Shown: positions 18,722-26,819 of the stretch, one piece after another
How the letters are laid out: each line of letters opens with the position of its first letter
Position numbering within the stretch: the stretch's first letter is position 1
Virus record (IMG/VR): IMGVR_UViG_3300011116_000485
Location: 1 to 41,465 of that record
Length of the DNA stretch: 41,465 nt
Direction: 5' to 3' (one strand)
From: a virus
Lineage: Duplodnaviria; Caudoviricetes
Made by a program: the position numbers and the translations under genes
The notes under the pieces: model-generated
What the model was told of the DNA's origin: nothing
The model's database searches: none
What the model saw: only the letters and a program-made list of their open reading frames with translations

Positions 18722-20047
18722 TCACGCCATATCCGCGTATGGGTCGTGATCCATCGTGCTGCGTGGCTTGATGCGCTCGCGAATCTCGCGTGGCATACGC
18801 CCCCGCACCGGGAACGCAAAGGTAAGCGCGAGCGCGTCAGCCAGATCGGGTGATGCGCCGCCCTGCAACCTCTTCTTGATTTCGTCCTTCGGCTCCAGCA
18901 CCTTGCGGCCCGCTGCGTCGTACCAGTAGATCGGAGTGGACAGTTCCTGCTTCAGCGCGGGGTCGTTGGGGATGCCGCCAGCCCCAATGATCCACTCGCG
19001 CATTGTCCACCACATCTCACTGCGACGATTGACGAACTGCGATTCTTGGATGGCCCGCCCCCCGAACGGCACTTCGATTGGGTCGTACTCCAACTGGCGC
19101 AATCGGTCGATGACTCCAGCGCCTGCGCCAGCGTCGATGAAGACCGCGTCGGGATCCCACTCGTCGATGACCGCAGCAACGCGCGCAGCCACCGCCATGT
19201 TGTCGAGGTTGCGCAGCGTGATCGGCGTGAAGGCTTGGATGCCCTGCCGCTTGAAGATGACCGTGCGATCATCACCGAAGCGCGCAGGGTCAACGCCCAG
19301 AATGCGGGGCGCGTCCCCCACATCCTTGTCGGTGTAGATGCGGCGTGATGCACTTTCCACATCGGACAGGCTGATCAACTGGTCGTCGCCTGCTGCGCTG
19401 AAGTCGCACAGGTACTCGCGAGCGAATGCGGTTCCCGGCATATCGCGTTGCAGGCGCTCCACCTCGTCAGCGTCGATGGCCTGCGTATCGTTGACGGTGT
19501 ACAGCGCAGCGTGCCAGTCGGGGAGCGACTTCGCCTTGTAGAACAACTCGCTGAACAGGTTGATGCCAGACGGCGTGCCGATGAAAACCGCCCAGCCCTT
19601 GCGATCAGATAGCGCAGGCTGCACGATGTCGTTCCAGACTTCCGGCTTGATCTGCGCAACCTCGTCGATGACGCAGCCGTCGAGTCGCACGCCGCGCATC
19701 GCATCTGGGTTGTCGCCGCCGAAGATTCTGATCACCGCGCCGTTGTGCTTGAAGGTGATCGACAGATCGACTTCATTCAATGTGACCGCGTCGAGCAGCG
19801 GCGCAAGTTTCTGCTTCAAGCGTGACCACGCAATCGTCTTCGCCTGCTTCAGGAACGGCGCGATGTAAAAAAACAAACCAAGGTCGCGCTGAAAAGTGAG
19901 CGCGGCGTTGATCAACTCCATGATCGCCAGTTCTGTTTTGCCTGCGCGACGGTGAAGCGCCAGCACCGTGAAGCGCCGCATCTTTCGATGGCACTGCGCC
20001 TGCCATGCGCGAGGCTGATAGCGCAGATCAGCCGTCGTTGGTGTCAC
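18722..20047 (-). CDS. terL: Terminase large subunit
   Basis: Walker A-like HRRAGKT, Walker B CVIDE, IGTPSG coupling motif, nuclease LGVDPARFGDD and SPDLADALAL. Confidence 0.95.
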   Translation of the reverse strand: MTPTTADLRYQPRAWQAQCHRKMRRFTVLALHRRAGKTELAIMELINAALTFQRDLGLFFYIAPFLKQAKTIAWSRLKQKLAPLLDAVTLNEVDLSITFKHNGAVIRIFGGDNPDAMRGVRLDGCVIDEVAQIKPEVWNDIVQPALSDRKGWAVFIGTPSGINLFSELFYKAKSLPDWHAALYTVNDTQAIDADEVERLQRDMPGTAFAREYLCDFSAAGDDQLISLSDVESASRRIYTDKDVGDAPRILGVDPARFGDDRTVIFKRQGIQAFTPITLRNLDNMAVAARVAAVIDEWDPDAVFIDAGAGAGVIDRLRQLEYDPIEVPFGGRAIQESQFVNRRSEMWWTMREWIIGAGGIPNDPALKQELSTPIYWYDAAGRKVLEPKDEIKKRLQGGASPDLADALALTFAFPVRGRMPREIRERIKPRSTMDHDPYADMA

Positions 20048-20486
20048 GCGGCGGCACTCCTGTGATCACATTCAGGCTCACTGAACCACCATGATCCACC
20101 GATTGCTTCTCGCCCCACTTCTTCGGGTTCCATTTGGCCAGCAACTTGAGGCGCGTTTCAATGCGCAGCCTGTTTCGGCCAACATCCACTTGATCTGCGC
20201 AACTTTCGTCTGCAATTGCAGCGCATTCCTGTGCCAAAACCTCGTGCCCAGTCTCGCGCGCGTGCGCGAAGCGTTGTGCAAAGTCATCATCTTTCGCCAG
20301 CCAATCGTAGATCGCTCCGAAGGTTGGCATTCCAGACTGACGGCAGAACTCGCGAAGTGTTTTGCCTTGCGAAATCCACTCGACCACTTGGTCTGCGATT
20401 TCGCGATTGATCGGTTCGACTGGGCGGCCCATTTTACGCTGCGGCAATTCGTTTCCATCCTGCTGGGGTTTGCGCTCTGATTGCAT
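20028..20486 (-). CDS. terS: Terminase small subunit
   Basis: GRP...WISQGKTLREFC...IYDWL..D..F..RFA.AR...RLRIETR.KLLAKWNPKKWG; overlaps the terL start. Confidence 0.9.
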   Translation of the reverse strand: MQSERKPQQDGNELPQRKMGRPVEPINREIADQVVEWISQGKTLREFCRQSGMPTFGAIYDWLAKDDDFAQRFAHARETGHEVLAQECAAIADESCADQVDVGRNRLRIETRLKLLAKWNPKKWGEKQSVDHGGSVSLNVITGVPPRDTNDG

Positions 20487-20688
20487 AGTTGCAGACTTTC
20501 TGCACGAAGGCTCTCTTCAGGTTGAACATACGCGCGAGCCTGCGGTATCCGATCCCTTGATCTTCATGCAAGTCGCGGATGCGGTTGACAACTTCGTCTG
20601 AAATTTTTGAATTGTGATGAGACTCACCAATGCGGTACCCAGCCTCGTTTATTGCGACGCGAACGACTGGAAAAGAATCGTATTGCAA
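20434..20688 (-). CDS. Small helix-turn-helix DNA-binding protein upstream of terS (start uncertain)
   Basis: Only the C-terminal ~85 aa of ORF 20434..21243 look protein-like: RIGESHHNSKISDEVVNRIRDLHE.QGIGYRRLARMFNL...VQKVC. Confidence 0.65.
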   Translation of the reverse strand: MQYDSFPVVRVAINEAGYRIGESHHNSKISDEVVNRIRDLHEDQGIGYRRLARMFNLKRAFVQKVCNYAIRAQTPAGWKRIAAA

Positions 20689-20754
20689 ATTTTTTTTCGA
20701 GATTTGCTTTTCAGTTCTGCCGTGCATTTTCTGATTATGCAACGGGAGGTGCAG

Positions 20755-20796
20755 AAAAAACAAACCCCCCGCGCGACTTTCGCCAGCGCGAGGGGC
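20755..20796 (-). terminator. Intrinsic terminator after the lysozyme gene
   Basis: Minus strand cccctcgcgc...gcgcgggggg followed by tttgttttttct. Confidence 0.65.
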
Positions 20797-20818
20797 TTCC
20801 GGGGGACTGGTGGTGATC

Positions 20819-21226
20819 TTACGGCAAGAGCCGTTGAACCCGATGCCAGTACGCCAAAGTTTTTGCAGATCGATGTCCGCGTGGCCCGCCGTTGTGAATG
20901 CGCGCGAGCGTCTGGGGCTTCCAGTCTGGCGCGTAGCGTGACCAGTACGCGACCATGACGCGCTCCGCGTATGCGTCGTTGCGGCAGTCCTCGTACCTGC
21001 CCCCGATGCTGGGATCGAATGCCAGTGCGTCTGCCCAGCAGGCGCGCCAGATTTGGTAAGGCCCGATGGCCCTGCCAGAATCCCCCGTGGCGCGTCCGGG
21101 GTCTGCGAAGGCTCCAGACTCCACCTGTTTGATGGAATCCAGCAGCGCCCGTCCTGCTGCGTTGTACGGGTCGCTGGGTGGTGGCACTGCTGTGCTGGCT
21201 GCGATGATGAGGGCTGCGATGTGCAT
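20819..21226 (-). CDS. i-type lysozyme/destabilase-like muramidase with N-terminal signal or anchor (candidate endolysin)
   Basis: QVESG...GD.G..IGPYQIW...W.DA...Y.DC...A......Y..RY...ARIHNGGP.G...T..YW..V; hydrophobic N-terminus MHIAALIIAASTA. Confidence 0.8.
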   Translation of the reverse strand: MHIAALIIAASTAVPPPSDPYNAAGRALLDSIKQVESGAFADPGRATGDSGRAIGPYQIWRACWADALAFDPSIGGRYEDCRNDAYAERVMVAYWSRYAPDWKPQTLARIHNGGPRGHRSAKTLAYWHRVQRLLP

Positions 21227-21228
21227 GG

Positions 21229-21257
21229 GCAATGCATCGGCAATGCATCTGCAATGC
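21229..21257. repeat. Three GCAATGC boxes at 11-bp period
   Basis: Boxes at 21229, 21240 and 21251, immediately upstream of the lysozyme ATG. Confidence 0.8.
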
Positions 21258-21329
21258 TTTAGAAGATTTTCTATTGCCGCTGCAACAAGGGGTTACAACA
21301 AAAATCAGATAAATCTCTGGAGTAATTAC

Positions 21330-21357
21330 TTGCACACGCCGATACATGGTGTATCTT
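21330..21357 (+). promoter_or_regulatory. Early promoter TTGCAC-N16-TATCTT
   Basis: Same architecture at 22542, 27520 and (minus strand) 27436; AT-rich upstream tract. Confidence 0.75.
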
Positions 21358-21424
21358 GATTGCATCTCGACCGCGTGGTCGGGACAAACAAACGGCCTGC
21401 GGGCCACAACCGAAGGGACTGACA

Positions 21425-21817
21425 ATGGATCGCAACACCGCACAGATCGTCCGAAACACCCTCGCCAGCAACTTCGACGCGCTGACCTCGGCGGCCATGC
21501 ATGGCGCAAACTTCCCGCGTCAGATCAAGGTCGAGAGGCTGGAACGCACCGAAGTCGCGTGCATCACCACCGCCAACTTCTGCTTCCAGATCGGGGCCAT
21601 CGACGCGGAAACCTACTGCAACCTCCGCACCCTTGTGCTGGATGTGACCGACAGCGTCGAGAACCTTCGCAGGGTTTACGCCACCAAAAACCAACTGCGA
21701 GGTCAGTATCCGGAGACTCCCGCTGCTCGACTGGCCGTCGAAGAGAAGGTCAACAGCCTGCGCGCCGCCCTCGACCAGATGAAGCGCATCGATGCCAGCA
21801 CCACCGTCAACGCCTAA
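21425..21817 (+). CDS. Hypothetical early protein
   Basis: Start MDRNTAQ after AAGGGAC RBS-like motif; strong C/G third-position bias. Confidence 0.75.
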   Translation: MDRNTAQIVRNTLASNFDALTSAAMHGANFPRQIKVERLERTEVACITTANFCFQIGAIDAETYCNLRTLVLDVTDSVENLRRVYATKNQLRGQYPETPAARLAVEEKVNSLRAALDQMKRIDASTTVNA

Positions 21818-21835
21818 CCCAGAACGGAACCAACC

Positions 21836-21913
21836 ATGATCACCACCATCGCCATCCTGCTCGTGTTCGTCGGAATCCCGCTTGCCATCTACACCGCGTC
21901 CATCGCGGACTGA
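21836..21913 (+). CDS. 25-aa single-pass membrane peptide
   Basis: MITTIAILLVFVGIPLAIYTASIAD; GGA-containing leader, same codon bias as neighbours; below the ORF-track cutoff. Confidence 0.55.
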   Translation: MITTIAILLVFVGIPLAIYTASIAD

Positions 21914-21961
21914 CGGCTCTCGCCCCACCGCCCCTCCGGGGGCGGGCAGGCCAGCACCGTC
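21912..21961 (+). repeat. 50-nt imperfect stem-loop element, copy 1
   Basis: GACGG...CCGCCCC-tccg-GGGGCGG...GCACCGTC; sister element at 22447-22496. Confidence 0.65.
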
Positions 21962-21998
21962 GCTGGAAATCACTTCAACCTATCCAAAGGGACACGCC

Positions 21999-22442
21999 AT
22001 GAAAAATCACATCGATCACATCGCACTCGTCAGCAGCATCGTGACCAACATCAAGACGCTGGGCGACCTCGACCCCGCATTCGACCGCCGCACCACTGCC
22101 ATCCGCAGGTACATGGGAACGATCTGGGATTTGATCATTCCAGATCGCCGCAAGGCGGACAACGGTTGGTATCCGAACCTTCTGGTCAACGCGGAAATCA
22201 TGGTGCTGGCTGTCGAACATTACCGCGACGCGCAGCGATTCATTTCGCGGGCCGAACGGTTGTCTGGGGAGGGCAATGTGTTTGCGGATTCTGACGCGCT
22301 GATCAGGCAACTTGAACTTCGCGAAACTGCTGCATGGGATGCTGCTCACACGGCGGAGCGTGATCTGTCCCGCCTGCTGCACACGATCCTTGAATGCGGC
22401 GGCGATGCCAGCAAATTGCTGAAGGAATTCACCACCGCCTGA
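21999..22442 (+). CDS. Hypothetical early protein
   Basis: Start MKNHIDHI after AAAGGGAC; helical; lies between the two stem-loop elements. Confidence 0.7.
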   Translation: MKNHIDHIALVSSIVTNIKTLGDLDPAFDRRTTAIRRYMGTIWDLIIPDRRKADNGWYPNLLVNAEIMVLAVEHYRDAQRFISRAERLSGEGNVFADSDALIRQLELRETAAWDAAHTAERDLSRLLHTILECGGDASKLLKEFTTA

Positions 22443-22446
22443 CCCA

Positions 22447-22496
22447 GACGGCGCTGGGGTGTCCGCCCGTTAGCGGGCGGCATCCCCTGCATCGTC
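22447..22496 (+). repeat. 50-nt imperfect stem-loop element, copy 2
   Basis: GACGG...CCGCCCG-ttag-CGGGCGG...GCATCGTC. Confidence 0.65.
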
Positions 22497-22541
22497 GCGC
22501 AGGGCAATTCAAGAAATCTGAAAAATCTTTTAGAAACATTC

Positions 22542-22569
22542 TTGCACTTGCCGAAACACTCGCTATAGT
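22542..22569 (+). promoter_or_regulatory. Early promoter TTGCAC-N16-TATAGT
   Basis: Upstream of the DUF932 gene; followed by 5' hairpin gtcagtc/gactgac. Confidence 0.78.
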
Positions 22570-22628
22570 AGCGAAGTCAGTCGAGTTGACTGACACTCAC
22601 TCAAAACCATTTCCAAAGGACTCTCACA

Positions 22629-23645
22629 ATGGCACACGAACTTCACAGCAACGACGGTCTGGTTCTCGCAAACGAAGGCGCTTGGCACGGGCTGGGCACG
22701 GTGGTCAAGGGCGCGCCCAACCCATTCGCCGCGCTGCGTCTGGCGGGTCTGGAGTGGAGCGTCGAAGAATCCGACACGCTCACTGGCGTGTTCGGCGCTG
22801 GCGAGGCTGACGAGTTCCGCGTCAGCACCGACACGGCCAAGGTGCTGGTGCGCAGCGATGACAAGAGCGTGCTGGGCGTGGTCGGCCCGGACTACCAGCC
22901 GTTCCAGAACCAGCAACTTGCCGAACTGGCCGACAGTCTGCGCAAGGCTGGCGACGGAGCGGTCGAAGTCGAGAGCGCGGGCAGCATCAAGGGCGGCAAG
23001 CGCGTGTGGATGCTGCTGCGCGGCAAGTCGGTCGAGTTCGGCGGCGCAAACGATACGACCGTGCCGTACCTGTTCCTCGCCAACGGCCACGACGGTTCGC
23101 TGGCGCTCAAGGCCATTCCAACTGGCGTGCGCGTCGTGTGCAGCAACACCTTCCACCTCGCGCTGGGCGCTCGCCGCAACGCGATGTCATTCCGTCACAC
23201 CCTGAACCTCAACAACCGCGTTGACGAGTTGGCCACCTGCATCAAGAACTGGGAGAACACCATCGACAAGGGCGCGCAGGTTGCCCGCGCGATGGCCGCG
23301 ACCCCGGTCACCCGCGAGAAGGTGCAGTCGCTCTGGATCGATGTGATCCAGCGCCTTGACGGCGAAATCCCCACCAAGGTCAAGACTGGCTGGGATGAGC
23401 GCCGCAAGGATCGCGCGGTCGCTGGCCTCGCGCACGCCAGCCGCGTGTTCGATGTCGAGCGTCAGCAGTTTGGCGCGAACCTCTGGGTGGCCGCGAACGC
23501 GATCACCAACTGGATTCAGCACGAGCGTGCAAACGAGTCGGTGCGCACCAAGGACGAGTCGGTGCGAACCTACGCGGCATGGGACGGCACGGTGTCGGAT
23601 GACATCAGCACGGCGCTGGATGCAGCCGCCGAACTGATCGCTTGA
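22629..23645 (+). CDS. DUF932-family phage/plasmid protein
   Basis: AWHGLG...AGLEW.V...LGVVG..Y.P.QN...ESAGSIKGGKRVW...YL.L.NGHDGS....PT.VRVVCSNT. Confidence 0.88.
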   Translation: MAHELHSNDGLVLANEGAWHGLGTVVKGAPNPFAALRLAGLEWSVEESDTLTGVFGAGEADEFRVSTDTAKVLVRSDDKSVLGVVGPDYQPFQNQQLAELADSLRKAGDGAVEVESAGSIKGGKRVWMLLRGKSVEFGGANDTTVPYLFLANGHDGSLALKAIPTGVRVVCSNTFHLALGARRNAMSFRHTLNLNNRVDELATCIKNWENTIDKGAQVARAMAATPVTREKVQSLWIDVIQRLDGEIPTKVKTGWDERRKDRAVAGLAHASRVFDVERQQFGANLWVAANAITNWIQHERANESVRTKDESVRTYAAWDGTVSDDISTALDAAAELIA

Positions 23646-23669
23646 TCAGAACCTTTGGAAGTGTGAGTC

Positions 23670-23700
23670 GGCTCCCCTTCGGGGGAGCCTTCTCATTTTT
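23670..23700 (+). terminator. Intrinsic terminator after DUF932
   Basis: ggctcccc-ttcg-ggggagcc (UUCG tetraloop) followed by ttctcattttt. Confidence 0.8.
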
Positions 23701-23781
23701 CTAAAGTGCCCCGGGTCACTGGCACGGAATGCGGACACAAGTCTGCACCCGGGGCGTCACCAGTGCCCGGGGGAAAGAACA

Positions 23782-24216
23782 TCAGATCAGCCTGACAAAC
23801 TTGTCGCGTTGGAGCAGGATGCAGGGTTCCACATCTTGCCAATCGCCACGGTCAGTGCGGCCAGCGATCTTCATGCCATCGAACTTGAAGTCAGTGGTTT
23901 GGTGATACCAGATTCCATCCAGCAGTTGAATGCCGACGATGAACGGAAGTTGGGTTGCCTGATGTAGCCGTTGCCCTTCCATCCACTTGCCAAGCGACAG
24001 CATGAACCCGCCAAGGATTTCCAATTGATCCATTTCATATTCGCGCACCTTCAATTCACAAAAAGCGCGCGGCTGATCATCACGCATAACGATGTAGTCA
24101 ACGCCGTACCTGATCGGAAGTTTCCTGAAGGCACACCGCCACATCCCAGCCAGTTGGTCAGCCAGCGCGTACTCCAGTTTCAGGTTTGCCTTGGACTCGT
24201 ACATGGGCCTGCTCAT
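23782..24216 (-). CDS. PD-(D/E)xK-fold nuclease-like protein
   Basis: YGVDYIV...RAFCELKVR (D...ExK) motif; ATGA overlap with the upstream gene. Confidence 0.65.
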   Translation of the reverse strand: MSRPMYESKANLKLEYALADQLAGMWRCAFRKLPIRYGVDYIVMRDDQPRAFCELKVREYEMDQLEILGGFMLSLGKWMEGQRLHQATQLPFIVGIQLLDGIWYHQTTDFKFDGMKIAGRTDRGDWQDVEPCILLQRDKFVRLI

Positions 24217-24527
24217 TCCAGCCCTCCAGACTTGTGGCCATGCTCGTCGCCAGTGCCCAGACCAAGAGCAGTTTTCAACTGCTCAAGTTCAACGATCAAC
24301 AGACAGTTGCGCCTCGCCAGAATTTCAGACTGATTCTTCTCAACCTTGAGTTCAGAATCAAGTCGCAGGATTTCAACACGCTGCTCGCGAGTGATTTCCT
24401 CAAGCGCAAAGATTTCACCAAGCGCCTCGACCAAAATCGTCTGGCCGTTGGAATACCACTCCGACAAAATGCGCGCCTTCAAATCAGCCAATGCAGTTGA
24501 TGTAAGTTTTTCAGACTCGCGTGCCAT
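24213..24527 (-). CDS. Hypothetical coiled-coil protein
   Basis: Start MARESEK after AGGAG RBS; heptad-rich. Confidence 0.65.
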   Translation of the reverse strand: MARESEKLTSTALADLKARILSEWYSNGQTILVEALGEIFALEEITREQRVEILRLDSELKVEKNQSEILARRNCLLIVELEQLKTALGLGTGDEHGHKSGGLE

Positions 24528-24978
24528 GTGCAGTCTCCTGTTCGATTGCTGCGTAGACCATTCCGATTGTGAACGCTGACCATTGCGTGATGTCTCGCGA
24601 CAGCGGCTTCGCGTCGAACACTCCGATACGGCGCAGGTATGCAACGGAGTTGGCAATGGATTGGATTGGCGCAAGCAGGAGCGTGTTGGTCATCTGCTTG
24701 CGATCACGCAACACCTCCTCCTCATCCATCAGGTCGCGCTTCTGCACCACCACGATGGCGCTGCGCTTCCTGTTTCGTCGCACCTCTCCGATAATTTCTT
24801 CTGGCTTCATGTGAAGTCTGGCAACAGTCGAGCGCAGACTCTTGCAGGCTTCCAGAATTTCCTCATCGGTGCAATTGCTCAACGCTGCAAACGCTTCCTG
24901 ATACTTCGCGCTGCCCTCGTTTGCCCACTTGTTGCTGGGGAAGTGTTCGCGGATATGTGCCATACCTTGAGGGGTCAC
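24511..24978 (-). CDS. Hypothetical protein, helicase-loader-like position
   Basis: GTG start overlapping the upstream stop (GTGA) with GGAGG RBS; sits downstream of the initiator. Function inferred from synteny only. Confidence 0.5.
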   Translation of the reverse strand: MTPQGMAHIREHFPSNKWANEGSAKYQEAFAALSNCTDEEILEACKSLRSTVARLHMKPEEIIGEVRRNRKRSAIVVVQKRDLMDEEEVLRDRKQMTNTLLLAPIQSIANSVAYLRRIGVFDAKPLSRDITQWSAFTIGMVYAAIEQETAHGTRV

Positions 24979-25280
24979 TTGGATTCCTCCTTGAAGCAGT
25001 CCCAATGGTTCAGTTCAGCCACATACTCTGCGGTGCTTCGATATTGCGTATTGCCGTCGCGCACATTCAGGTTTCCACTTGCGACCATGAAACAGAAAGT
25101 TCGCCGGATCGCGTCACGCTCTGCACGCAGATTCGTCACCTGCTGACGAAGTTGCAAAATCTCGTTCTCAAAATCCGTAGTGGTACAAATCGTCTGTACT
25201 TCTTTAGAAGTGTGGTTGATTTGCTCCACTAACTTGTCAATGTTTTCAGATTTCATCAGATCAGTCTTGTTGGTTTTCAT
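24975..25280 (-). CDS. Hypothetical protein (ERD..R..FC...W motif)
   Basis: Start MKTNKT after AAAGGGAC; shares a C-terminal motif with 26466-26819. Confidence 0.65.
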   Translation of the reverse strand: MKTNKTDLMKSENIDKLVEQINHTSKEVQTICTTTDFENEILQLRQQVTNLRAERDAIRRTFCFMVASGNLNVRDGNTQYRSTAEYVAELNHWDCFKEESK

Positions 25281-25303
25281 GTGTAGTCCCTTTCGTGTGC
25301 GGC

Positions 25304-26086
25304 TCAAGCCGCGTCAACCGGATCCAAGTACCGACCCTGCCGCAACCATGTGGCAGGGTGTGGAATGAACTTCTCATCCGTGCCGTCGTAACGCTTTGCC
25401 ATTACTGCAACACGCTCGCGCATCCACTCTGCCGCATCGTCAAGCGTGTCGAGTTCCCATTCCTTTGCGTAATCCCTGATCGCCTTATCAAGAAGTGCCA
25501 GTGCGGACTTCTTGCCGACCTTCTTGGGAAACAGTTCCCAGATTCGGTCGAGCGCACCTTCAGGCAGCCGCATCTTCGGCTTGCGGGTAGCCCGCTTGGC
25601 AACTGTTGACAGATCAACGATGTCACGATCAGTGCTTGCACTGATCAAATCGACCGAATGGTTGAGCGTATGTTTTATATCTTCTCCTCTCTTCTCTTCT
25701 CCTCTCTTCTCTATGGCATTGGGTAAGCATTGCACGCGCAATGCACTAGCATTTGCTGGCGGATGCCAACGCTGTGCAGCAGCAGCCTTTGCCTTGTCCT
25801 TGCGCAACTCAACAGCACCCATTTCTGTTTCCAGTCGCGCGTTGATCATGTACTCGCCGCGAGTGTCGGAGCGCACTGTGAAACGCGCTGCAACCTGCTC
25901 GTAGTCCTGCTGGGTGATGCCCGGGAATAGTTCACACCACTCCGGATACCCTACAGGGATACGCTCGCCGTGAAACTGAAGGCACAACGCTTCCATGTAA
26001 ATCCCACGGGCCGACCATGTCATTCGTCTAACCCCGATCATCCAGTCAGTGAAGTTGAACTTCACCCATTCCAATCGCTTACCCAT
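25304..26086 (-). CDS. Replication initiator (DUF1376/YdaU-like N-terminus, lambda O analogue)
   Basis: W.KFN..DW....RMT..ARGIY..L...; NARLE.E...K.KAAA..RW; C-terminal WELFPKKVGK..A...FIPHPATWLRQGRY; internal iteron array. Confidence 0.75.
   Translation of the reverse strand: MGKRLEWVKFNFTDWMIGVRRMTWSARGIYMEALCLQFHGERIPVGYPEWCELFPGITQQDYEQVAARFTVRSDTRGEYMINARLETEMGAVELRKDKAKAAAAQRWHPPANASALRVQCLPNAIEKRGEEKRGEDIKHTLNHSVDLISASTDRDIVDLSTVAKRATRKPKMRLPEGALDRIWELFPKKVGKKSALALLDKAIRDYAKEWELDTLDDAAEWMRERVAVMAKRYDGTDEKFIPHPATWLRQGRYLDPVDAA
25671..25756. promoter_or_regulatory. Putative replication origin inside the initiator gene
   Basis: GCAWT(G/T) boxes at 25716, 25727, 25738 and 25749 (11-bp period), next to a tandem 15-mer cttctcctctcttct x2 (25681-25710) and an AT-rich tract. 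Confidence 0.65.
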
Positions 26087-26106
26087 TGTTGTCCCCTTTC
26101 AATAAA

Positions 26107-26469
26107 TCAAAACGGAATTTCGTTCTCTGGAGCAGGCGCACCGCCAGCCTTGGCAGCACGCTGTGCGGCAGCAGTCTTTGCCGCGCTGGGCACATCGTTA
26201 CTGCTGCGCACCGCCGCCTGCTCGCGCTGCTTGCCTTGGCCATCGCCATTCTCATACTGCTTCGGTTCGAACAGTGACAGCAAAATGCTCTCGCCGCCTC
26301 GCGAATCCAGAACGCCAGCCGGATTGAACCACTTGGCGAGCATCAGGAACAAGCCATTGTCGCCCTCCATCATCGCGCCAACATTTTGCCACCGACCCTT
26401 CGTGGTTCCATCCTTGCCCGTGTACTCCCCGGTCTTCACTGCAACATCGAACTTCTTGATAGCCATCAT
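26107..26469 (-). CDS. Single-stranded DNA-binding-like protein
   Basis: KTGEYT.KDG.TK.RW.NVG...; low-complexity linker; acidic C-terminus ENEIPF typical of SSB tails. Confidence 0.65.
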   Translation of the reverse strand: MMAIKKFDVAVKTGEYTGKDGTTKGRWQNVGAMMEGDNGLFLMLAKWFNPAGVLDSRGGESILLSLFEPKQYENGDGQGKQREQAAVRSSNDVPSAAKTAAAQRAAKAGGAPAPENEIPF

Positions 26470-26819
26470 GTGCCTTTCTTGAAAAGGTAATGCCATCGCT
26501 CACAGCGAGCGACAGTCTTGGGTGTGCAGCCACGCAACTTTGCAGCCGCGTAGCAGAACGATTGTCTGGCGACATCACGCTCACGCATCAGCGAACGCTT
26601 GTCCCCACTAATTTTTGCCACCAGTTCGGCAGCGGTTTGATACTTGCGGTGAATGTCAAGATGCTCTTTCTTCACCTGCTCAACGATTGAGTTGTACGAA
26701 TTGACCATGTTGATGAGGATTTCCAAATCGCCCTCGCTCAACACGCAATACCGCTGCTCCTCTGGCGGAGTCAGTTCGATCTTGTCCCGCAACTTGATGA
26801 TGATTTCCGGAAGTGTCAT
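26466..26819 (-). CDS. Hypothetical protein (ERD..R..FC...W motif)
   Basis: ATGA overlaps at both ends; AAAGGGAC leader. Confidence 0.7.
   Translation of the reverse strand: MTLPEIIIKLRDKIELTPPEEQRYCVLSEGDLEILINMVNSYNSIVEQVKKEHLDIHRKYQTAAELVAKISGDKRSLMRERDVARQSFCYAAAKLRGCTPKTVARCERWHYLFKKGT

Noticed and set aside
20689-21243. N-terminal extension of ORF 20434..21243
   Set aside because: Overlaps the lysozyme gene in another frame and crosses its terminator; only the C-terminal HTH part looks real.
21912-22496. Mini-CRISPR array or integron attC sites
   Set aside because: Only two copies ~535 bp apart, no spacer periodicity, no cas or integrase gene, no clear attC core sites; kept only as structured repeats.
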